DNA from: Bacilli bacterium
GTDB lineage: Bacteria; Bacillota_I; Bacilli_A; RFN20; CAG-826
DNA length: 64,000 bases
Assembly (NCBI GenBank): GCA_036657515.1
Contig: JAVXGI010000001.1
Span: forward strand, 3,821-67,820
Direction of reading: 5' to 3'
Shown here: positions 31,978 through 41,087 of the stretch, one piece after another
Layout: each line of letters starts with the position of its first letter
Position numbering within the stretch: position 1 is the stretch's first letter
Program-made: the position numbers and the translations under genes
Notes under the pieces: model-generated
The model's input: the letters and a program-made list of their open reading frames with translations, nothing else
What the model was told of the DNA's origin: nothing
The model's database searches: none

Positions 31978-32709
31978 CTATCTTACTTGTGCGACAAGTT
32001 CCTCGTCTTCAGGACCTTCTTGCGCAACAAAAATCATAGTTAGCATCGTAAATACGAGCGTCTGTATTAGACCCGAGAATAGATCAAAATACATATGTAA
32101 GAATGGCGCTACAAATTGCGCCAAGAAAATTGGAATGCCGTTAACAACAGGTGTTAAGAGTAAATATAATAAATACATTAAGCTAAATCCCGCTAATGCA
32201 TTTCCAAATAAACGGAAAGACAACGAAATAAACGGAGCCCACATTGAGATCAAATTTATTGGTAAAAACACTGGAACTGGTTCAATATATCTTTTAAAAT
32301 ACGACCATTTATTATATTTTACCGAGGTAGCATGAATCATAATTAAAGAAATTAAGGCAATTGACATCGTATTTCCTAAATAAACAAACGGATTAGGCAT
32401 GCCAGTCAAACCAACGATAAATCCAGTAAAAATATATAATCCAAGAGCAGCGATATATCCGCCAAAGTTTGAAAAACGATGTCCCATTATGTCTTCGACA
32501 TTGCGATCAACAAACTCAACAAAAATTTCTGCAATATTTAAAATACCTTTTGGTTTTTCAAGAGGATCGGCTTTTTTAGCTTTTATTCCTACAATTATTG
32601 CAACAACGCTCACAAAAACCATTGCAATAAGTGAAGAGAAAAATTCTAGTGGTACATATTCAATACCAAAACCAATAATTTGATTTATATCAATTCCTAG
32701 TAAAAACAT
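31978..32709 (-). CDS. atpB: Fo ATP synthase subunit a
   Basis: 243 aa polytopic protein. LSFRLFGNALAG contains the essential Arg motif. Confidence 0.93.
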   Translation of the reverse strand: MFLLGIDINQIIGFGIEYVPLEFFSSLIAMVFVSVVAIIVGIKAKKADPLEKPKGILNIAEIFVEFVDRNVEDIMGHRFSNFGGYIAALGLYIFTGFIVGLTGMPNPFVYLGNTMSIALISLIMIHATSVKYNKWSYFKRYIEPVPVFLPINLISMWAPFISLSFRLFGNALAGFSLMYLLYLLLTPVVNGIPIFLAQFVAPFLHMYFDLFSGLIQTLVFTMLTMIFVAQEGPEDEELVAQVR

Positions 32710-32710
32710 A

Positions 32711-33160
32711 TTACTTTTCTTCTTTACTATCGATTACTTCAACATCTATTACATTGTCATTTTTAATTTGTTCATTTTGACTATCATCAACAACCGGCGT
32801 TATATCGCCATTTACAAAAACGGTGGATATATAAATAACGGTCATAATAAAAGCAGAGATTAAAATATAAAAATCATTTTGTTTGGTAAAATGAATTATT
32901 AATGCCGGAACAAGAATTCCAAGTAGCATCATTAAATATCTAAGTAAGGTAAACGAAACAGCTTTAAGAAGATTGATATTAACAATTCCTTTGGTGGATT
33001 GATCGATAGAATAAATAGCGACTAAACCAAATGGAAAAGTAATAAGTGTACAAATTAATACTTCATACATTGAAAAACATGCAAGAATAATTCCTGCAAT
33101 TAATAAAACTCCGAATAAAGAGCTTATTGTAATGAGAATCTTTTTATTTTTGAATATCAT
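32711..33160 (-). CDS. AtpI-like small membrane protein
   Basis: 149 aa, 4 hydrophobic helices, directly upstream of atpB with a 1 nt gap. Acidic C-terminal tail. Confidence 0.55.
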   Translation of the reverse strand: MIFKNKKILITISSLFGVLLIAGIILACFSMYEVLICTLITFPFGLVAIYSIDQSTKGIVNINLLKAVSFTLLRYLMMLLGILVPALIIHFTKQNDFYILISAFIMTVIYISTVFVNGDITPVVDDSQNEQIKNDNVIDVEVIDSKEEK

Positions 33161-34256
33161 CTTTTTGCTCCTTTTCTTTATTTTTTAGTTCTTCTCTTAA
33201 AGCATCGTTTTCTTTTGTTAACGTATCAAGAGTATCTTGTTTTATAATCTCATTCATATTAACGCCTTCCCCTGAAGTTGTACTTGAAAAAGAAGGTGCA
33301 ACATCTGCGACATTATCAATACTAATAGTTTTCAAACATGGGGAAATATTGTTTTCGTAAATTGCGACAGCAATTTTTTCATTATATTCATGAAAAACGT
33401 CCCAAAAAACTTCATTTTTAACCCATACTTTTAGAGTAAATTTAATCGAATATGTACTAAGGTCACCCATCGTACAACTTGCGATATATCCTGGAGTGGT
33501 GATAATACGTGGATCTTTAGCAGTTAAATCAAGAACTAACTTTTTAATTGTTGCAACATCTTGTCCATAAGCAACACTAAATGAAATATCAGCTCTTCTT
33601 AACTTATTGCTATTATAGTTCTTAAATGAATTAGTTGTTAGAAAATTATTTGGTAAAAATATACGTTGGCCTTTTGGAGTATCAATAATAGTGGTAAGCA
33701 TCTTTATTTCAATAACAGTACCTTCAATTCCTTCTTGAGGAATTTCGATAAAATCTCCGACAAATATGGATTTATTTGATAAAACCATAATACCAGAAAC
33801 GAAGTTCTTAATACTATCTTGTAAAGCTAAACCAACAGCTAATAAAGCACTTGAAATAATGGTAGTGGCACCACTTAAATTAAATCCCATAATATTAAAG
33901 ACAAATAAAACGAGGAATAGTTTAACGACGAAGCTTAAAAAATTAATAATGAATTTTTTAAGCGTATTATTTTCCGTAATATACTTTGCTTCAATCTTTT
34001 TTGTTTTCGAATTATATGCTTTAATTTTTCTTTTTGTTTTGATTTCATTTACGTGAGTCACGCGTTTTATAAATTTAAAAAGGTAATGAATAATAATATA
34101 ACCAATAATAAAAGTAAAGATTCCTAAAAACAATCTTTGTCCGGCACTCATCGTTCCGCCTGTTGGTACATCAACAAAAAACTTGACGACGTTATTCCAC
34201 AAGTCAACGAACCATTGTCCTATTGTTTCCCAAAATCCTAGACCTTCAAGTAACAT
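33144..34256 (-). CDS. mscS: MscS-family mechanosensitive channel
   Basis: FVGDFIEIPQEGIEGTVIEIKMLTTIIDTPKGQRIFLPNNFL matches the MscS pore-proximal beta-domain signature. N-terminal TM helices are present. Confidence 0.85.
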   Translation of the reverse strand: MLLEGLGFWETIGQWFVDLWNNVVKFFVDVPTGGTMSAGQRLFLGIFTFIIGYIIIHYLFKFIKRVTHVNEIKTKRKIKAYNSKTKKIEAKYITENNTLKKFIINFLSFVVKLFLVLFVFNIMGFNLSGATTIISSALLAVGLALQDSIKNFVSGIMVLSNKSIFVGDFIEIPQEGIEGTVIEIKMLTTIIDTPKGQRIFLPNNFLTTNSFKNYNSNKLRRADISFSVAYGQDVATIKKLVLDLTAKDPRIITTPGYIASCTMGDLSTYSIKFTLKVWVKNEVFWDVFHEYNEKIAVAIYENNISPCLKTISIDNVADVAPSFSSTTSGEGVNMNEIIKQDTLDTLTKENDALREELKNKEKEQKDDIQK

Positions 34257-34532
34257 TATTCATTCTCCTTATAAAGTAATGTCTAATAGATAAACACTAT
34301 ATTATATAATAATATAAATGTTTGATTTAAACAATAAAAGTATTCAAAAAACGTACGATAATTGCACATTTTTTTAAAAAATAAAATGTGCAAAAATAAA
34401 CGCCTAAAATGGCGTTTAAAAACTAAAAAAATAAATTTTTATTCTTTTTTATTCCTTTATACATTATAATTAAAACACTGTCGTAAGATTATATAACAGA
34501 TCAAAATTTATTTTCCTAGGAGGACTATTTTA

Positions 34533-36188
34533 ATGGGATTTAACGTCAAAATTACCAACGGTGGTAAAGAAAAAACCGTACACAGCAATAAAATTGCACT
34601 AATTGACTTACTCGATAATACTGATGAGAAGAAATATTTCGCAGCAAACGTCAATAACAGACTTCGCGAATTAACTTATGAGTTACATTATGATGCAACT
34701 GTTCAATTTTTAGATTTACAAGATGGCGACGCCGTAGGAGTATATGAAAGATCATTAAGATATCTTTTTTGTATGGCTATGTATCGTTTATATCCAAATA
34801 TTAAGTTTAGAATGTCATATAATATCTCACGTTCTATTCTTATCGAATCTTTAGAAGACATTAAAGTTTCAGAAGAAATGATGAAGAAAATTGAAGCTGA
34901 AATGAAACAGATTGTTAAAAATGATTTCGAATTTACAAGAAAAATTGTTAAAAATGAAGAAGCTATTGAAGTATATGCAAACTATGGATATACCGATAAA
35001 ACCGATATTTTAAAGTATAGACCAGAAACAACTGTTCACTTTTACAAATGTGATGATTACTTAAACTATATGTATGGAATGATGGTTCCATCAACTGGAT
35101 ATCTTAAATCATTTAAACTTTCTCTTCATAGTGAAGGAATAATTATGCAATACCCACGTAGTGAAGAAAATGGAAAAATACCTCCATTTACTGATGCTCC
35201 TGTTTATGGCAAAACATTAAAAGAATCATATAGATGGGGTAAATTAATTGGCGCAAATTCCGTTGCAGGTATTAATAGCTTTATTAAGCAATACGGCATT
35301 ACGGCATTTGTTAATATTTGTGAAACACGTCAAAACCACATGTTAAACGACATTGGTAATGCCGTCGAAAGCAATATTGACGAGTTAAGATTAATTTGTA
35401 TCGCTGGTCCATCTAGTAGTGGAAAAACTACATTTGCAAATAGATTAAGAATTGAACTTCTTGCTCGTGGAATTAAATCAATTAGAGTTTCAATTGATGA
35501 CTATTATCTAATTAAATCAGAAATTCCATGCGGAGATGATGGAAAACCAGATTTAGAACATATCCACGCTCTTGATATTCCACAATTCAACGAAGATTTA
35601 CTCAAACTTATCCAAGGTGAAGAAGTTACACTTCCACACTTTAATTTCAAAAAAGGAATTAGAGAAGTTGGCGTCACTCATAAACTTGATAAAGATGAAA
35701 TCATTATTATTGAAGGAATTCACGCATTAAATGAAGAATTAACCAGTTCTATTTCAAAAACACAAAAATATAAGATTTATATTGCTCCACAAGCTCAAAT
35801 CTATCTTGATAATCAAAACCCAATGTCTTTAACTGATCTTAGACTTTTAAGAAGAATGGTTCGTGATTATAAATTTAGAAATGCAGCCCCTGAAGAGACG
35901 TTCTCAATGTGGGGAAGCGTTAGAAAAGGTGAATTTAAATGGATTTATGATACTCAAGAAAATGCTGACTACGTTTACAACTCTTTCTTGCAATATGAAT
36001 TATGTATTATTAAAAAATATGCTGTTCCTTTATTAACAAATATTTCTAAAGACTCACCATATTTCCCAGATGCCGAACGTTTACTAAGAATGCTTAAATA
36101 TTTCGTCGACATTGATGACGTCGCTGTTCCAAATAATTCACTTATAAGAGAATTTATTGGCGGTTCTGTATATCAAGACGAAGATTAA
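34533..36188 (+). CDS. uridine-kinase/PRK-family nucleoside kinase with N-terminal TGS-like and ThrRS-like extension
   Basis: 551 aa. RBS aggagga. P-loop IAGPSSSGKTTFANRL starts near residue 290. The roughly 280 aa N-terminal extension begins with a beta-grasp-like segment. Confidence 0.7.
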   Translation: MGFNVKITNGGKEKTVHSNKIALIDLLDNTDEKKYFAANVNNRLRELTYELHYDATVQFLDLQDGDAVGVYERSLRYLFCMAMYRLYPNIKFRMSYNISRSILIESLEDIKVSEEMMKKIEAEMKQIVKNDFEFTRKIVKNEEAIEVYANYGYTDKTDILKYRPETTVHFYKCDDYLNYMYGMMVPSTGYLKSFKLSLHSEGIIMQYPRSEENGKIPPFTDAPVYGKTLKESYRWGKLIGANSVAGINSFIKQYGITAFVNICETRQNHMLNDIGNAVESNIDELRLICIAGPSSSGKTTFANRLRIELLARGIKSIRVSIDDYYLIKSEIPCGDDGKPDLEHIHALDIPQFNEDLLKLIQGEEVTLPHFNFKKGIREVGVTHKLDKDEIIIIEGIHALNEELTSSISKTQKYKIYIAPQAQIYLDNQNPMSLTDLRLLRRMVRDYKFRNAAPEETFSMWGSVRKGEFKWIYDTQENADYVYNSFLQYELCIIKKYAVPLLTNISKDSPYFPDAERLLRMLKYFVDIDDVAVPNNSLIREFIGGSVYQDED

Positions 36189-36200
36189 TAATTATAAAAT

Positions 36201-36236
36201 AAAGAAGCTCAAGCACTAAATTGCTTGAGCTTCTTT
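36201..36236. terminator. bidirectional terminator between convergent genes
   Basis: 15 bp perfect arms aaagaagctcaagca / tgcttgagcttcttt with a 6 nt loop. The TAG stop of the minus-strand 378 aa gene lies in the loop. Confidence 0.8.
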
Positions 36237-37352
36237 TATATTTACAAATTTTTTCTCGTCTTCGTGCATCTTTACAATTTGACCATAATAAATTTTTCGT
36301 AAATTAAAGAAATGATTTGCTTCATCACTATCAATATTTGAAATGTATAAAATTGAAAATTCTTTCTCAATTCTAAAAAAAGCTTCATAAAGTAAAGAAA
36401 GTGTTAAATGGAAAAAAGTTTCATCATTAGAATAGATCATTAAAGGTGAACTATGAGCTATTTCGCTGCTTAATTCATAAAGTTTTGAATAAGACGATAG
36501 TCCAGCAAGTTTTTCAACACCATCTCTAAAATTGTATTTAAAAGTTGGATCTTCTTTAACACCAGGTATTTCAACTAAATAACCATATTCTATATATTTT
36601 TTGATATCTTTAGATTTCAAATTAAGTTTTTTCATTTCTTCTTTTAGTATTAAAAATATAGCATCTCCTTCTTCTTCAGGGATTGCCCTTCTAAAGGCTA
36701 AACTATAATTGATGTGTTTAAGATAAGCACTAATTAATGGAGCTCCATATTTACTTAATAAAAGTAAAATACATTCAGTTTCATGAAGCGTTCTCCATGT
36801 TGAAAAGGCTTCAGATTCGAATCCATCTTCTAATAAATTTAAAGAACATCTCATAATTCTAATTGCCTTTGCTAATACGTCTGCAATTAAAGTGCTATTA
36901 GGATCTTTTTGACTATATTTTTCCATTATTTTAGACATAAAATTAATATAAAGTCTTAATGTTGATATCTTAGGATTATAACGTGAGATATATATTTTAT
37001 TATTTAATGCTATTTTTTCATTTGTTAAATATTTGTCTAAACTTATCGATAAAATGAGCGATAAAATACTTTCGTCTTCCCAATGAAATTGTAATTGCTC
37101 TAAAGAATCCTCATATGTTTGATAAATAAATTCACTGCACATGTATAAAAATAGTTGAAATGGATTAATTGATTCTGCAAAAGCATCGGCTTCTTGGGTT
37201 GTTGTGCCAAGATTGTGTAAATTACTACTTTCTATTGAATTAATCAACGTATTAAACATATCAAAAAAACGTTTTTCATCATATCTTTCGGGTATTCCTA
37301 GAGAAATGAAAAAATTATGAAATGTTTCTTCAGTAAAGTTATTTATTTTCAT
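36216..37352 (-). CDS. hypothetical all-helical protein, last gene of the addBA transcription unit
   Basis: 378 aa with no TM and no motif I recognise. AGAGG RBS. The start overlaps the upstream ORF by 14 nt. Confidence 0.6.
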   Translation of the reverse strand: MKINNFTEETFHNFFISLGIPERYDEKRFFDMFNTLINSIESSNLHNLGTTTQEADAFAESINPFQLFLYMCSEFIYQTYEDSLEQLQFHWEDESILSLILSISLDKYLTNEKIALNNKIYISRYNPKISTLRLYINFMSKIMEKYSQKDPNSTLIADVLAKAIRIMRCSLNLLEDGFESEAFSTWRTLHETECILLLLSKYGAPLISAYLKHINYSLAFRRAIPEEEGDAIFLILKEEMKKLNLKSKDIKKYIEYGYLVEIPGVKEDPTFKYNFRDGVEKLAGLSSYSKLYELSSEIAHSSPLMIYSNDETFFHLTLSLLYEAFFRIEKEFSILYISNIDSDEANHFFNLRKIYYGQIVKMHEDEKKFVNIKEAQAI

Positions 37353-37995
37353 ATATTGCCTCTATAATAATATCATTTTTTTGAGCAAAATTATATATGT
37401 CGATAAATAATTCTTCTGGTATTTTTTTAACAAGATAAATTTTTGATATTATAGGCGCAAAAAATAAATTATTAATTAAATTTGATGTATCAAGGACAAA
37501 ACAAAGATCTTGCTCATTACCAATTAAACATAGTTTTATAAGATCAAGCGTTTCTCCAGGAAGTTTATCATAATTTATGTTTAAATCTATCTCGTTGTGC
37601 ATATAATAACAATTTGCAACTAATAATTTATAACCTGCTTCATCAATTTTACTAAAGTCGTATTCTACATAAAACGGGACGTCTCCATCGACATCAATTT
37701 TTGTTTTAAAAATAGCTCTTCTATAGTTAGATAATTCAGCAATTACATTATGTGCGCCATCCGCTTTTAAGATTAAATTATTATAATTTACTGGTTCAAA
37801 TTCAATGGTATTATCTAACATGTGTTCTAAGAAATCGTAATGAATTCTACCTTCGTTATCACATGTGAAAAATACATTTCCTTCACGAAGAAGTTTTCTA
37901 TTCATCCAGTCTTTTTTATTTAAGACAGCTTCATAAATTTCTTTGTTGTTTTGTGAGAATAATTTCTCAATGTTTTCAATATCGTTTTTAATCAT
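37339..37995 (-). CDS. hypothetical protein translationally coupled to addA
   Basis: 218 aa with no recognisable motif. Its ATG overlaps the addA TGA (ATGA). Confidence 0.6.
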   Translation of the reverse strand: MIKNDIENIEKLFSQNNKEIYEAVLNKKDWMNRKLLREGNVFFTCDNEGRIHYDFLEHMLDNTIEFEPVNYNNLILKADGAHNVIAELSNYRRAIFKTKIDVDGDVPFYVEYDFSKIDEAGYKLLVANCYYMHNEIDLNINYDKLPGETLDLIKLCLIGNEQDLCFVLDTSNLINNLFFAPIISKIYLVKKIPEELFIDIYNFAQKNDIIIEAIYENK

Positions 37996-40900
37996 ATAAC
38001 TTCCTTTGCAATTCCATCAATTGCTGAAATAAGATAGGTTCTGCAGTCTTTTTTAAAAAATTTGAATACATAATCTTTATAAATATGCAATTGTTTTTCA
38101 TAAGCTTTATCGCTAATATCTTTTAGCTTATAATCTATTATATCAATATGATTTTGATACTCAATAATTAAGTCTATAAAACCATGAATTTCGTTATCAT
38201 TAAATTCATACTCCTTAAATATTTTTGCATCATTTAAATTGTCAAATAACGGATTTTTAAGTACATTGTCAACTATTTTTCTCTTTGTTAAATCTTTTAT
38301 AAATGCCGTATTTTTTGTTTTAAAATCTGTTATTTCTAAAAGATTATGAATTTCCGTTCCTAGTTCAAGAACTGAAGCAATCTCTTCATCATTAATAACA
38401 TCTTTTGATGCTTTTTTGCTTATTTTATTAATTGGAAATTCATAATCAAAATTATTAACTTTTGTATCATTTAAATCTTCATTAAACATCTCAACTGTTA
38501 ATTCATCATCAAGAATCTTTTCGCTGCTTCCACAAACGTTGTCAATAATGTAGGAACCGCAATAGTCTTCTGAAAGAAAATTACCGTAACAAGTAGAACA
38601 TAATTTATCAAAAACTAAACTTTCACATTTGCTTGTAACAACTACTTCATCGATTGCCCTAGTTAACGTCACATAAAATAATCTAAGTTCTTCTTGAACG
38701 TTTGCTTCCTTTTCTTTCATCAACATAAAAGCTTTTAGAAACGAAAATGGTTGAGAAGATACTTCACTATTTAGTAATGGAATTTGAATACCAAATTCTT
38801 TTGAACAAACTATCTTTTCGCTAGGAGTTTTATTTCTAAATGTATTCTTGACGAATGGAAGATATACTTTTTTAAACTCTAATCCTTTTGATTTATGAAT
38901 TGACATTAGTTTTACGGTATCTTTAATATCTTCTTTAAAATCATATTCAATTTTCGAATCACTTGAAGTCAAATTATCAAGAAAAGATATAATATCACTT
39001 AACGAATTTCCTTTATTGGCATAATCAACAATAATATTATAAATATTTTCTAACTGATCTAAATTTGCTTGTACGTTATCAATTGAATAAATCATTTCAA
39101 TTAAGTTAAAGTCAGAAATTAATCTTGAAAGTAGAAAAGAAATATCATCATTAAAGTTATCTTTCTTTATCTGTTTAAGTTTCGTAAATATTAAGTCCTT
39201 TTTAAAATCATTCTCATTAGACGATGTTAAAATATCATATATCTTTTGATCGCTATATTGCACAGCGTAAGATCTTGCCACTGATGTGAAAAATTTTCTT
39301 ATTAGTTTTGGATTATATTCACTAGAAATTTCAGTACTATAGTATAGATGCAATAAGGAAATAATCAGTACAAATGAAGGGACTTGTTTTGGCGAAACTC
39401 CATCTAACACGCTGAGAGGAATGTGGAAATAAAGGAATATACGCCTAAAACTGTCGAAATGCAATTTAGATCTTGATAAAATTGCAAAATCAGAAAATTT
39501 AATGTCTCTAAATTTGTTTTCTCCTTCAATTTTTGAATCGTAAACTTGTTCTTTACTATTTATTCTTGTAAGTATATCTCTAGCAATAAATTCAATCTCT
39601 TTTGTTCTTTCACTTTTAGAATATTTGCAGACATAATTGTCCATATTGGAGTAATTTTTTAAGATAATACCATATTTGCATTTGCTATTCTTATTGCTAT
39701 TTAGCTCATCGTTACCAGATAAAATTTTATGCGACACTTTATAATCTGCTCCGCCACATTCAATTGACATAACATTGCTAAATAATTCGTTTATTGTCGA
39801 AATTACTTCTACTCTACTTCTAAAATTTGTGTTTAAACAAAGTGCACTTCCACCGATTTTATTACTATATTTTTCAAACTTATCAGAAAATAATTTGCAG
39901 TTTGCGCTTCTAAAACGATAAATAGATTGTTTGATATCACCAACCATAAATATGTTGTTATTTCCTATTTCGTTTAAAAATTCTTCTTGAGAATCGCTTG
40001 TATCTTGATATTCATCAACCAAAATAAAATCTATGGTTTCTTTTAAATACGAATTAACTTCTTTATTACGTACAATGTTTAACGCAAACGACGCAACATC
40101 TTTAAATGTAAATGAATTCATTGTTTCTTTTTTAAAATCTAGTTTTTCTTTAATTTTTTTACAAATATTGAAAAGTTCGGTAATAAGATGTTTGTTCTTT
40201 ATCATTAAGTCAAATTGATCCCTTGTAAAAATATTTTTTGTAATACTTTTTCCAATTGTTTCAAATTGCTTTTTATAAGTAGCTACTATCGTCTTAGATT
40301 CGTCATCTATTTTGAACTTTGCCATTCGAGATGAGGTAAATTTATAATTTTCCAACTTTTCAATAAACATATCATTTGATTTTTCGCTTAATAAAGAGTC
40401 TAGATTTTCAGATTCAGCATTCGCATAATCAACATTTGTGATTTTATTTAACAATGAAATTTCTAATTTTGAAAGTTTTGCTTTATTATTTGAAATAAAT
40501 TCATTATATAATTTACTCAAGTTTTCAAAAGTTAAGAATTTATCAACTTTTTCATTATAAAAATCGTTCCAATTTTCAATATCTTGTAAGAATTTGAAGA
40601 GAACTAATACCATTTCTTTAATATTTCTTTCATCTCGAAAAGCATAGTTATAAATAAGTTCGCTTTGAGAATAAATTGCACTATTATTCAAAAATTCCTC
40701 ATTAATTATATCATTAATAAATTGTTCCTCAATTTTAGGCTCAAGTATTGTTAAATTTTGAGTATGCATTGATAATTTTGAATATTTTTTGGCTAGAAAC
40801 AAATAATACGAATCAAATGTTTCTATATGTGAACTGTTTAATGCAGGAACAAGATGAAAAAGTTCTAGATCTTTACTAATTTTTCCAAGAATTCTTTGTT

Positions 40901-41087
40901 TCATTTCAAATGCAGCTGCCTCTGTAAAAGTTAAAACTAATAGTCTACTTGGGTGGACTCCTGATTTGATTAATCGATAAACTTTTTCGGTTAAAACAGC
41001 AGTTTTACCCGAACCAGCCCCGGCAGACAAGATAACGTTTTCTTTATAATTTTTAAGAGCTAACTCTTGCTCGTAAGTAAATTTCAT
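37992..41087 (-). CDS. addA: AddA/RexA-type helicase-nuclease subunit
   Basis: Start moved to the ATG at 41085-41087 (MKFTYEQELAL) behind GAGGGGG. Contains GAGSGKT, LVDEYQDTS and the UvrD-type motif VKLMSIHKSKGLEF. C-terminal nuclease HGFIDLII...IDIIDYK. Confidence 0.88.
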   Translation of the reverse strand: MKFTYEQELALKNYKENVILSAGAGSGKTAVLTEKVYRLIKSGVHPSRLLVLTFTEAAAFEMKQRILGKISKDLELFHLVPALNSSHIETFDSYYLFLAKKYSKLSMHTQNLTILEPKIEEQFINDIINEEFLNNSAIYSQSELIYNYAFRDERNIKEMVLVLFKFLQDIENWNDFYNEKVDKFLTFENLSKLYNEFISNNKAKLSKLEISLLNKITNVDYANAESENLDSLLSEKSNDMFIEKLENYKFTSSRMAKFKIDDESKTIVATYKKQFETIGKSITKNIFTRDQFDLMIKNKHLITELFNICKKIKEKLDFKKETMNSFTFKDVASFALNIVRNKEVNSYLKETIDFILVDEYQDTSDSQEEFLNEIGNNNIFMVGDIKQSIYRFRSANCKLFSDKFEKYSNKIGGSALCLNTNFRSRVEVISTINELFSNVMSIECGGADYKVSHKILSGNDELNSNKNSKCKYGIILKNYSNMDNYVCKYSKSERTKEIEFIARDILTRINSKEQVYDSKIEGENKFRDIKFSDFAILSRSKLHFDSFRRIFLYFHIPLSVLDGVSPKQVPSFVLIISLLHLYYSTEISSEYNPKLIRKFFTSVARSYAVQYSDQKIYDILTSSNENDFKKDLIFTKLKQIKKDNFNDDISFLLSRLISDFNLIEMIYSIDNVQANLDQLENIYNIIVDYANKGNSLSDIISFLDNLTSSDSKIEYDFKEDIKDTVKLMSIHKSKGLEFKKVYLPFVKNTFRNKTPSEKIVCSKEFGIQIPLLNSEVSSQPFSFLKAFMLMKEKEANVQEELRLFYVTLTRAIDEVVVTSKCESLVFDKLCSTCYGNFLSEDYCGSYIIDNVCGSSEKILDDELTVEMFNEDLNDTKVNNFDYEFPINKISKKASKDVINDEEIASVLELGTEIHNLLEITDFKTKNTAFIKDLTKRKIVDNVLKNPLFDNLNDAKIFKEYEFNDNEIHGFIDLIIEYQNHIDIIDYKLKDISDKAYEKQLHIYKDYVFKFFKKDCRTYLISAIDGIAKEVI

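Noticed and set aside
34363-34392. A possible shared operator between the TGCACAT...ATGTGCA repeat here and the TGTGCAT-T-ATGCACA palindrome at 57721-57735.
   Set aside because: The half-sites differ (TGCACAT versus TGTGCAT), as do their orientation and spacing (16 nt versus 1 nt). The resemblance is probably coincidental.
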